Source: an uncultured Acidobacteriota bacterium
GTDB lineage: Bacteria > Acidobacteriota > JAQAZP01
Reading direction: 5' to 3'
Assembly: GCA_963836075.1 (NCBI GenBank)
Contig: CAWIIB010000001.1
Span: 1,696,001-1,760,000, forward strand
Length of the DNA: 64,000 bases
In this document: positions 51,261 through 59,795 of the stretch, one piece after another
Numbering within the stretch: the stretch's first letter is position 1
Layout: each line of letters begins with the position of its first letter
Translations under genes and position numbers: made by a program
The notes under the pieces: generated by a model
Database searches by the model: none
What the model was told of the DNA's origin: nothing
The model's input: the letters and a program-made list of their open reading frames with translations, nothing else

Positions 51261-54200
51261 ATGAAAACCAGACTCTTCTTCCTCATGGCCGGATTGCTCT
51301 GCGCCGCCACGGCGTATGGCGGATCCCTGCAGATCCACACCGCCCATGCCTCCGGGCAGGTTACCGCTCCGTCCCTCCCGCCGCTGTCGGTCAGCGCCGC
51401 GGCTTCGGGCGGGACCGTCTTCTCCGGCGATGACCTCCAGTGGCTGGGCCAGTCCGGGGAGCCCCGCATCCCCTGGCAGGTGGTGACCCTGCTGCTCCCT
51501 CCGGACGCGGACAGCTCGACGCTCACCGGCCGGTTGAGCGGAGCGTCGTATGGCGAGGTGGCGGGAACCTGGCGGGTGGACCCGCTTCCCCCGCCGGCCA
51601 CCCGGAACAGATCGGGAGAAACCGTGTATGACTGGCCGGCAGGGAAAAGGCTGGCGGACGGCCATGACCTCGATATTTACGGGTCGAACAGCCTGTGGCC
51701 CGCAGAGGGTGTTCGCCTCCTCGGCTGCGGCCGGCTGCACGGCTGGCTGCTCTGCGAGGCGGCCGTGCCCCTGGTGCGCTGGAACCCGGCCACCGGCCGC
51801 CTGGTGCGGCTGGAATCGGCGCACCTGCGCCTCGAGTTCGAACGCACCCCGGTGGGCAGCGCCCAGCCGGTTCATCACCTGCGTAACCCGCGGGGAGCGG
51901 AGCGGGTGGCCCGCCTGGCGGCCAACTTCGAGTCAGCAGCCACCGCGTACGGCAACGGCCGCTCCAGCGAACGGGCCAGCGGCTACACCATCGTCACCAC
52001 CAACGCCGTGGTCAACAGCTCCGCCGCCCTCGCCGGCTTCATGGCCCACAAGGCCTCCCTCGGCTTCACCGTGCGGCTGGTCACCGAGGACGACTTTGGC
52101 GGCGGTCAGGGCGACGGCGCAGCGGAAAACATCCGTGCCTGGCTCCAGGCCAACTACCTGGCCGACGAGACTCTGCACGTCCTGCTCATCGGCAACCCGC
52201 ACCCCGGCGAGGGCGAAGTGCCGATGAAACGCTGCTACGACAGCGTGGACGGGATGTACGAGATGCCCACCGACTTCTTCTACTCCGACCTCTCCGGCGA
52301 CTGGGACCTCAACCAGGACGGCAATTCCGGCCAGTGGGAGGACATGGGGGACGGCGGCATCGACCGTTTCTGGGAGGTGCTGGTGGGGCGGATCCCCTAC
52401 TACGGCCAGATCACCGACACCGATCACATTCTGCAGAAGCTCGTCGATTACGAACAGGATACCGACACCCAGTGGCGGCGCCGGGCCCTGCTGCCCATGG
52501 TGCCGCTGGACGACGCCACCCAGTCCTACCAGCTGGGCGAGCAGATGAAGGCCGGCTACCTCGAAGCGGCGGCCATCCCCTCGCACCGCCTCTACCACGA
52601 CGACTACGGGCTGGTTCCCCTGCCGGAGACCATCCCCTCCAGCTACGAGAACGTGATCAACCGCTGGAACGACGCCCCCTGCGGGCTGGTGGTCTGGATG
52701 ACCCACGGCTGGAACGAAGGCGGCGCCGAAGTGGCCACCAGCGACTCGATCCTCGGCCTTGACGACGCCTTCCCCGGCGCCACCTGGCACGGCTCGTGCG
52801 GCAACGCCGAACCGGAACACCCGCGCAACATCGCCTACGCCCTGCTGCGCCACGGCGGGATCGCCACCAACGGGGCCACCCGCTCCAGCTGGTACTACGT
52901 CGGTGAAACAAACTTCACCGCGTCCACCAGCATCGGCGGCCTCGGCTACCAGTACGCGGCAAAACTGGTCGCCGGACAGAGCTGCGGCCAGGCCTGGGCC
53001 GACGTGCGCCAGGAGATGGTCCCCGGCATCTGGTCCAATTTCGCGATGCACAACCTCTACGGCGACCCCTCGCTGGTGGTGATGCCTCCGCCGCCCGCCT
53101 TCACCGTCCGGCCCACCGACCTCTTCGCGGTCTCCGGGGTGCGCAACGAGGTGTGGCACGGCGGCCAGCGGACCTTCACGCTGAAGAACAATAGCGGGTC
53201 GCCCTTCAGCTGGTCGGCAACCGGCTCCACCCCGTGGCTCGCCCTGGACCCGGCAGGCGGCACCCTTGCCGGGGGCGAAGAGGTCGAGGTGCTGGCACAG
53301 ATCTCCTCCTCCTCCGGCGAGCTGCCGGTGGGGACCCAGCAGGCACAGATCATCTTCAGCGAGGCCGCCGGAGGCGTCACCATTCAGCGGGACGTACAGG
53401 TGGAAGTGAAGCCGCGGGTGATGGCCATCCACTGGAAACTGGACGAGCAAAACGGGTTCATCGCCTACGACGGGAGCGGTTTCGACAACCGCGGGTTCCT
53501 TGAAGGGGGGATACGCTTCCAGAACGACGCGGTTCCCGGACGCTTCGGCGGCGCGCTGCGCTTCCACGAGAGCGGCTACATGATCAACATGGAGCACCTG
53601 GGTCTCCAGGACATCCCGCCGCCCTGGACCATGGCCATGTGGGTCAAAAAGACGGAGAACATCACCGGGACCAGCTCCCTCTTCTCCTCACCCACCGCGG
53701 CGCTGCGCCTGGAGCACTGGAACAACGACGACGTGGGGTTCACCATCTTCGGCGGCGGGGGCGACCACAGCTTCGGCTACTCCGCCCCGGTGGGCCAGTG
53801 GGTCCACCTGGCACTGGTGGGCAGCGAATCGAGCACGTCGCTCTACGTCAACGGCCTGCCCTGGGCCACGGTGGACACGCCCATCGCCGCGCCGATGAGA
53901 TCGCTCTGCACCTCGCTGCTCAGGCTGGCCGCCGAGCTGGATGACGTGCGGGTCTACAACCACACGCTCTCCGCCGAGGGGATCAAGGCCCTGGAGCGTG
54001 GCGGCCAGGCCATGAACCCCGCACCGGCCGACGGCGCCGCCGGCATCGCCGACGGCTCGCTGCTCAGCTGGGTGCCGGGTGTTTCCGCCGTCTCCCACAA
54101 CGTCTACTTCGGCACCGACGCCGGGGCGGTGGCCGCGGCCACCGTCGATTCACCGGAGTATGCGGGAAACCAGAGCGGGACCGACTGGCAGCCGGCCCTC

Positions 54201-54674
54201 GTGCCGGGGGAGGTCTATTTCTGGCGGGTGGACGAGGTGACCTTCGGCGGCGGCAGCCTGGGGCCGGTGCGCGGGGACGTCTGGACCTTCAGCTCCACGG
54301 CGGTGGAGACGGTGAGCGTGCAGCTGGCCTGCGTGCCGTCATCGGGCACCCTGCCCTTCAGCAGCAGTTTCACCGCCACCCTGACCAACATCGCCGCCGG
54401 GGAGAACCGCCGGGTGGCCGCCCGGCTGGACGTCACCACCGCCGGCGGTCAGAGTTTCCCGGGCTGGCGGGCCGGCTGGAGCAACCTGGCGGACGGGGAG
54501 AGTTTTGTCGCCTCCTGGACCCAGCAGTTCCCGGCCCTGGGGTCACTGGTGGGCGTCAACAGCTTCCTGCTGCGGGCCGTGGACGTGACACCGCCGCCGT
54601 ACAACCAGCCGCCCTGGCTGCCGGCGAGTGACAGCGATACCGGCCAGTGCACGGTGACAGGGACCGCGCCCTGA
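51261..54674 (+). CDS. C25 peptidase - BACON-like - LamG - shared C-terminal domain
   Basis: IRAWL..VLLIG, TDFFYSDL, VGRIP, MTHG (His), GSCGN (Cys), NLYGDP; HWKLDE..WVHLA..LYVNG..LDDVRVYN; YFWRVDEV; ends DVTPPPYNQPPW..CTVTGTAP. Confidence 0.9.
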   Translation: MKTRLFFLMAGLLCAATAYGGSLQIHTAHASGQVTAPSLPPLSVSAAASGGTVFSGDDLQWLGQSGEPRIPWQVVTLLLPPDADSSTLTGRLSGASYGEVAGTWRVDPLPPPATRNRSGETVYDWPAGKRLADGHDLDIYGSNSLWPAEGVRLLGCGRLHGWLLCEAAVPLVRWNPATGRLVRLESAHLRLEFERTPVGSAQPVHHLRNPRGAERVARLAANFESAATAYGNGRSSERASGYTIVTTNAVVNSSAALAGFMAHKASLGFTVRLVTEDDFGGGQGDGAAENIRAWLQANYLADETLHVLLIGNPHPGEGEVPMKRCYDSVDGMYEMPTDFFYSDLSGDWDLNQDGNSGQWEDMGDGGIDRFWEVLVGRIPYYGQITDTDHILQKLVDYEQDTDTQWRRRALLPMVPLDDATQSYQLGEQMKAGYLEAAAIPSHRLYHDDYGLVPLPETIPSSYENVINRWNDAPCGLVVWMTHGWNEGGAEVATSDSILGLDDAFPGATWHGSCGNAEPEHPRNIAYALLRHGGIATNGATRSSWYYVGETNFTASTSIGGLGYQYAAKLVAGQSCGQAWADVRQEMVPGIWSNFAMHNLYGDPSLVVMPPPPAFTVRPTDLFAVSGVRNEVWHGGQRTFTLKNNSGSPFSWSATGSTPWLALDPAGGTLAGGEEVEVLAQISSSSGELPVGTQQAQIIFSEAAGGVTIQRDVQVEVKPRVMAIHWKLDEQNGFIAYDGSGFDNRGFLEGGIRFQNDAVPGRFGGALRFHESGYMINMEHLGLQDIPPPWTMAMWVKKTENITGTSSLFSSPTAALRLEHWNNDDVGFTIFGGGGDHSFGYSAPVGQWVHLALVGSESSTSLYVNGLPWATVDTPIAAPMRSLCTSLLRLAAELDDVRVYNHTLSAEGIKALERGGQAMNPAPADGAAGIADGSLLSWVPGVSAVSHNVYFGTDAGAVAAATVDSPEYAGNQSGTDWQPALVPGEVYFWRVDEVTFGGGSLGPVRGDVWTFSSTAVETVSVQLACVPSSGTLPFSSSFTATLTNIAAGENRRVAARLDVTTAGGQSFPGWRAGWSNLADGESFVASWTQQFPALGSLVGVNSFLLRAVDVTPPPYNQPPWLPASDSDTGQCTVTGTAP

Positions 54675-54696
54675 GCTGCGGCCCCGGGCCCGCGGA

Positions 54697-55335
54697 TCAA
54701 TCGGCGATCTTCGCCCCGATAATCTCGCCCTTCACTCTTCCGCCGTCGGTGAGGTAGACCACCACGTCCAGGTCATCCTCGTGGACGATCACGTCACCGT
54801 CCACCACCGAGCCGCCGGTGATCTCGATGCGCAGTTCCCCGCGCTCGCCGTTGGACCCCTTGTTGTCATCCACCACCAGGTCGCCGTCCACCCGGGTCCC
54901 GTCCTCGAGACGCATGTCACCGTTGATCGTGCGGACGTCTTTGCCGACCCTGGTGTTTTTCAGGACGATCTCGCCGTTGACCGTGGAGACCTCGCCGCTC
55001 ACCCTGCTGCCGCTGCCGCAGCGGACCGGCCCGTTGACCGTCCCCACGCCGCCGCTCACCTCCACCCCGCGGCCCAGGGTGATGCCGCCGTTCACCGTGC
55101 CCAGACCGCTGACACTGGAGTTGTCGCCCACCTTAATGGCGCCGTTCACCGTGTGGCAGTCGCCGCCGATCTCGCAGTCGCTGCCGATGGTGATGGAACC
55201 GTTCACCGTGTTGAAACCGCCGGTCCGCTGCTCACCGTCCTGAATGGTGAGTGACTGGTTGACGGAAGCCCCCATGCAGCAGGTGAACAGGATTGCCGAG
55301 GCCGCCGCCAGGATGGAACGCATAGTGGTGTTCAT
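54697..55335 (-). CDS. DUF4097-like beta-solenoid lipoprotein
   Basis: Signal peptide ending in Cys; six ~17-aa T[VI]NG.I repeats. Confidence 0.75.
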   Translation of the reverse strand: MNTTMRSILAAASAILFTCCMGASVNQSLTIQDGEQRTGGFNTVNGSITIGSDCEIGGDCHTVNGAIKVGDNSSVSGLGTVNGGITLGRGVEVSGGVGTVNGPVRCGSGSRVSGEVSTVNGEIVLKNTRVGKDVRTINGDMRLEDGTRVDGDLVVDDNKGSNGERGELRIEITGGSVVDGDVIVHEDDLDVVVYLTDGGRVKGEIIGAKIAD

Positions 55336-55410
55336 CAGTCGCTACTCCTCTTTTTTGTGCACAGTGATTACACCGTGTCTTACGATGACCGCGGGCGGAA
55401 TGTTCGGCGG

Positions 55411-56358
55411 CTAGAAGAGATCGTCACCCCGGGGGATCAGCATCCGGGCCCGGCGCTGGGCCAGAGTGGTGAACAGCCGGTAGCCGGGGAGGACCTGGGC
55501 CGGAGCGTCGAGGATGGCCTGGAGCTCGCCGTCGAACAGTTCCCGGTCCCCGGCCGCCACGGCGTAGTGCTGGGCATAGAGCAGCCGGGCCAGCAGGAAC
55601 TTCCCCTCGGACAGCTCCATGGCCAGCCGGAAGCGCAGGCCGCTCTGCTCCAGCGACCCGCCGAGCATGGGCGGCAGCCAGGCATCGGCAATACCGAGCA
55701 GCAGCAGCGGCCCGCCGAAGAAATAGGTCTCGTCCAGCTCACCCAGACGCAGGGCCAGCCGCCGGTTCACCGGAACGGCCCGCATGACCGTGGGATCACT
55801 GCGATTGAGCCACAGGTCGCCGGCCTGGTTGAAGGTGTACCAGAAGAGCGCCGGCACATCTCTGGTGGAGAGATCCTTCAGCGCCTGCACCGCGGCCTCG
55901 CCGCCGCCGTCCAGCCGCCCGAGGAAGCCGGGGTGCCGCAGTTCCAGGGCCTTCCCGGCATAGTCCCGGCCGCGGACATAGAAGTCGGCCGCCCGCTGCC
56001 GGGCCTCATCGAAAGGCGGCCCGCCGGCATCCCGCAGCGCCTCCATGTCGTCCTCGAGAAAGACCAGGGCCACCCCGCCAAAAGCCTGGGCCAGGGTGAC
56101 CAGGATCTCTTCATCCTTCGGACAGGCGCGGTGCAGGGTTTCCAGGAGTTTGATGTTGGAGAAGCCGGCGGCCCGGGCCAGTTCCCAGTCGGGTTCGTCG
56201 TTGAAGGCGGCCAGGGCGTCGGGGAGCATGGTCCGCGTGGTCCGGACCATCATCTGCTTGCCGCTGCAGCCGAATGAGGCCAGGGCCAGGGCGAGACAGA
56301 GCACCAGCGGTATGGTCCGTGACCAGGTCCACCGTGGTGTGCTGCCGCCGCCGACCAT
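55411..56358 (-). CDS. TRAP transporter TatT-component-like lipoprotein
   Basis: Lipobox SFGC; E.D..LA..A....K..E, VPALFW, LDETYF.GG, PPMLGG..E....F..A. Confidence 0.75.
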   Translation of the reverse strand: MVGGGSTPRWTWSRTIPLVLCLALALASFGCSGKQMMVRTTRTMLPDALAAFNDEPDWELARAAGFSNIKLLETLHRACPKDEEILVTLAQAFGGVALVFLEDDMEALRDAGGPPFDEARQRAADFYVRGRDYAGKALELRHPGFLGRLDGGGEAAVQALKDLSTRDVPALFWYTFNQAGDLWLNRSDPTVMRAVPVNRRLALRLGELDETYFFGGPLLLLGIADAWLPPMLGGSLEQSGLRFRLAMELSEGKFLLARLLYAQHYAVAAGDRELFDGELQAILDAPAQVLPGYRLFTTLAQRRARMLIPRGDDLF

Positions 56359-56483
56359 CCGTTCCTCCCAACCGTCCGCTCAAAAGGGCCGGGGGCAGTT
56401 TATCATGACCGGAGGAACCTGCGAACATCTCCGGCGGCCGGGACGTAAGAGAGGGTGAAGAAGGCAACAAAGGAGACGACGCG

Positions 56484-56684
56484 ATGAAGACTTTTATCCT
56501 CTGGCTGATACTGCTGCTGTTCTGCTGGCCGCTGGCCATCCTGGCCCTGATCGCCTATCCCCTGATCTGGGTCTTCCTGCTCCCCTTCCGCCTGCTGGGC
56601 ATTGCCGTGGAAGGCGTGTTCGAACTGCTGCGGGCGATCATCCTCTTCCCGGTGCGGGTGCTGGGCGGGGGCAAGCAGGCTTGA
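56484..56684 (+). CDS. small membrane protein
   Basis: AAGGAG RBS; CWPLA..AL..YPL.W..LLPFRL.GI.V.GV. Confidence 0.75.
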   Translation: MKTFILWLILLLFCWPLAILALIAYPLIWVFLLPFRLLGIAVEGVFELLRAIILFPVRVLGGGKQA

Positions 56685-56812
56685 AGGAACCACCGGTCCC
56701 GCCCCCGGTAACCGTGTGGACATCCCCGCAGGATTCCGTTATTCTCCACCCCTGATGGCGTCCGGCTCCGGGAATCCCGGATGCCGCGGCGGCCAGCAGT
56801 TCAGGTGGAACA

Positions 56813-57178
56813 ATGACCTCGTCCAGGCGTCGACAGCCGGCATCCTTCATCATCCTGATAGCCGCGGTATACCTGGCGGCCTTCCTGCTCCATGACCTGA
56901 CGCACGACCCGGCCCCGGTATTCGCGGATTACCCGGTGGGGCCACATGGCTTTTTCGCCGACCAGAACGGCGGCGGCTCACCGGACGGCAACTCCCGGGT
57001 CCACCCGAACCAGGAAAGCCACCACTGTCCTTTCTGCAACGGCTTCACCGGCGGCGTCACCGTGACGATGCTGCCGCCCCCGGCCGAAAACAACAGCAAA
57101 CCGCCTCGCCCACCCTCCCGCTCCCATAGCGGTGAATCGCTCTGCTCCTCTTTTGCCCGGGCGCCGCCCGCCGCCTGA
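56813..57178 (+). CDS. DUF2946-like small protein upstream of metal efflux operon
   Basis: N-terminal TM, HHCPFC, C-terminal RAPP. Confidence 0.65.
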   Translation: MTSSRRRQPASFIILIAAVYLAAFLLHDLTHDPAPVFADYPVGPHGFFADQNGGGSPDGNSRVHPNQESHHCPFCNGFTGGVTVTMLPPPAENNSKPPRPPSRSHSGESLCSSFARAPPAA

Positions 57179-57267
57179 GCCATCCCACCGCTTTCCCAAG
57201 CAACCTTTCCATGGCAACTCTCCTGCCGCCGGGAGGAATTGCCGTCCATGCATCACGAGGAACGCTG

Positions 57268-58560
57268 ATGTCACGTCGTGTCATTGTCTGTCTCTGTTTG
57301 CTGTTGATTTCCATCCCGTGGGTGCCGCTACCGGCAGACGATTCCTCCGGGGTCATGACCCAGGAGGAGGCGGTTCAAATGGCCCTGGAAAACAACCCGG
57401 ACCTGCGGGTCTCCACCGAACGGATGGTCGGGATCCGGGAGCGGGTGCGCCAGGCACGAGAGTTCCCGGCCACCGCCATTGAATTCGACTTCGACCAGCA
57501 GGTGGAATTCCTGCAATCCCAGGAGCAATACATCGGGTTCACCCAGGAATTCGAGTTCCCCACCCGGATGGGACTGCGGGTGGATGCCGCCGAGGAAAAC
57601 GTCCGGGCCTCCGAGGCGGAACACCGGCTCACCGGCTGGGAGACGGCCCTGGCGGCCAAGGCACTCTACCAGAACCTGGCCCTGACCCAGGAACTGGTGG
57701 CCATCAACCTTGAAAACCTGGTCATCGCTGAACGGCTGGCCGAAATGGCCGAAGGGAAATACGAACTGGGAATCGTGGGCAAGCTCGAAGTGCTGCGGGC
57801 CGGCGTGGAGGCGGCCAATGCGGCCAACGACCTCTCACGGATGGTGAAACAGGAGCAGGAGGCCCGGATGCGGCTCAACCATATTCTGGGACGCTCGCCG
57901 GAACAGCCTCTGCAAACCACTCCGCTGAACCAGGGACGGCTGGAGGGAGCGGATCTGGAGCGGATGATGGCACTGGCGCTGGAACAGCGCCTGGAACTGA
58001 AAGCCGCCGAGAGCCGTCTCGCCGCGTCCGAGTTCCAGATTTCCCTGGCCCGGTCATCCTACTACCCCGACCTCTCGTTCTCTTTCTACCGGCACCGCAT
58101 CGACGAAGAACCGAACAGCTGGGACATCGCCCTGGGTTTCAGCGTACCGATCTTCGGACTCCCGGCCATCGCCGGCCAGCTGGCCGAGGCCAAGGCCGAA
58201 AAAACGGCCCTCGGGGCTGAGGCCGACGCCGCCCGGGCCCGCATCGAACTGGAGGTCCGCACCGCCCACCGGGCCCTGGAAGAGCTCGCCGGCCAGTTGT
58301 CCCGCTACCGTGATTCGATCCTCTCTTCAGCCGAAGAGGCCTTCTCCCTGGCCACTGAAAGCTACCGCGAGGGCGAGATCGAGAGCCTTGAAATGCTGTA
58401 CACCCAGCGCACCCTGCAGATCGTCCGGCAGGAGTTCGCTGAATCGGTTTTCTCTTACAACCTCGCCCTGATCGACCTCGAGCAGGCGGTGGGTTCCGAA
58501 CTTGGCTGGGAGATGCCGGTTGACCCGCTGAACGGCCCCGCGGCAGGAGAAGTCCAATGA
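57268..58560 (+). CDS. czcC: TolC family outer-membrane efflux protein (CzcC-like)
   Basis: AL.NNPDL; Y..G....LEVL; helical repeats; operon with MFP and RND. Confidence 0.85.
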   Translation: MSRRVIVCLCLLLISIPWVPLPADDSSGVMTQEEAVQMALENNPDLRVSTERMVGIRERVRQAREFPATAIEFDFDQQVEFLQSQEQYIGFTQEFEFPTRMGLRVDAAEENVRASEAEHRLTGWETALAAKALYQNLALTQELVAINLENLVIAERLAEMAEGKYELGIVGKLEVLRAGVEAANAANDLSRMVKQEQEARMRLNHILGRSPEQPLQTTPLNQGRLEGADLERMMALALEQRLELKAAESRLAASEFQISLARSSYYPDLSFSFYRHRIDEEPNSWDIALGFSVPIFGLPAIAGQLAEAKAEKTALGAEADAARARIELEVRTAHRALEELAGQLSRYRDSILSSAEEAFSLATESYREGEIESLEMLYTQRTLQIVRQEFAESVFSYNLALIDLEQAVGSELGWEMPVDPLNGPAAGEVQ

Positions 58561-59765
58561 CCAGAAGAACACTACGCATTGCCTGCATCATCGTCCCGAT
58601 CGCCGTCCTGGCCGTCCTCTGCGGTCTGAGCCCGGCCGGCGCCGGGCCGCAGTCACGCAGTGAGGGCCGCGGCCGCCACCACCGGGGCGGAGCCGATCAC
58701 GAGGGCCGCTTTGTCAGCATCGCTCCCGAACAGCGGGACTACATCGATGTCATCACCGCCAGGGCGGAGAAACGGTTGCTCGGTACCCGGGTGGAGGCCG
58801 GCGGGCTGCTCACCCCCTGTCCCGACCGGGTGGCCAAGGTGGGACCGGTGATCTCGGGACGGGTATCCGAGGTGCTGGTCAAGCTGGGGGACCGGGTGCG
58901 GGCCGGCCAGCCGCTGGCCAAACTGGTCAGCGTGGAAATCGGCGAGGCGGTCTCCGAATACTACAAGGCCCTGGCCGAGCTGGAGCTGGCCAAAATCAAC
59001 TTCGAGCGCTACGAGCGGTTGATCAGCCGGGACATCGGCGCGCGCAAGGACCTGCTGGCCGCCGAGGCGGACCACAAGATCGCCGAGGCCAACTGCAACG
59101 CGGCGGAGAAGACCCTGCACGCGTTCGGGTTCACCGAGGACGACCTGGACACCATCGAGGACACCCACACCATCAACGCCGAACTGCTGCTCCGATCTCC
59201 CATCGCCGGCCGGGTGGTGGATCGGGAGGCCACCGTGGGCGAGCGCGTGGGCGACGACTCCACACTGTTCACGGTGATGGACCTCAGCCGGTTGTTCGTC
59301 GAAGCCCAGGTCTTCGAGCGCGACGTGGCCTTGCTGGACGAGGGGCAGCGCACCGAGGTGTCGGTCAACGCCCTTCCCGGTACAGCGATCCAGGGCGAGG
59401 TGATCCACATCAGCCGGCAGATCGATCCGGAAACCCGCACCCTGGCCGTACGCACGGCCATCGACAATCCCGGTGATGAACTGAAGGTGGGGATGTTCGT
59501 CACCGTGCGCATCTTCACCGGACAGGATACTCCGGTGCTCTGTGTCCCGGCTGAGGCCATCATCGAGGACGGGGGCCGCGGCTATGTCTTCGTGCCCCGC
59601 GATGCAGGGTACCAGCTCACCCCGGTGGAGACCGGCTACCAGGACGAGGCGCATGTCGAAATCACGGCGGGTATCAGTGAAGGTCAGACGGTGGTGGTGA
59701 ACGGCAGTTACGGGCTTTTCGCCACCCTCAAGCAGTCGTCGGGATCGGCCGCACACGTCCACTGA
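58557..59765 (+). CDS. czcB: RND efflux periplasmic adaptor (CzcB-like)
   Basis: ISGRV.EV.V.LGDRVRAGQPL, RSPIAGRVV, IDPETRT, LKVGMFV; His-rich ends. Confidence 0.9.
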   Translation: MTRRTLRIACIIVPIAVLAVLCGLSPAGAGPQSRSEGRGRHHRGGADHEGRFVSIAPEQRDYIDVITARAEKRLLGTRVEAGGLLTPCPDRVAKVGPVISGRVSEVLVKLGDRVRAGQPLAKLVSVEIGEAVSEYYKALAELELAKINFERYERLISRDIGARKDLLAAEADHKIAEANCNAAEKTLHAFGFTEDDLDTIEDTHTINAELLLRSPIAGRVVDREATVGERVGDDSTLFTVMDLSRLFVEAQVFERDVALLDEGQRTEVSVNALPGTAIQGEVIHISRQIDPETRTLAVRTAIDNPGDELKVGMFVTVRIFTGQDTPVLCVPAEAIIEDGGRGYVFVPRDAGYQLTPVETGYQDEAHVEITAGISEGQTVVVNGSYGLFATLKQSSGSAAHVH

Positions 59766-59795
59766 GGCAGCCCCCCACAGACGGAAGGGTTCGTC

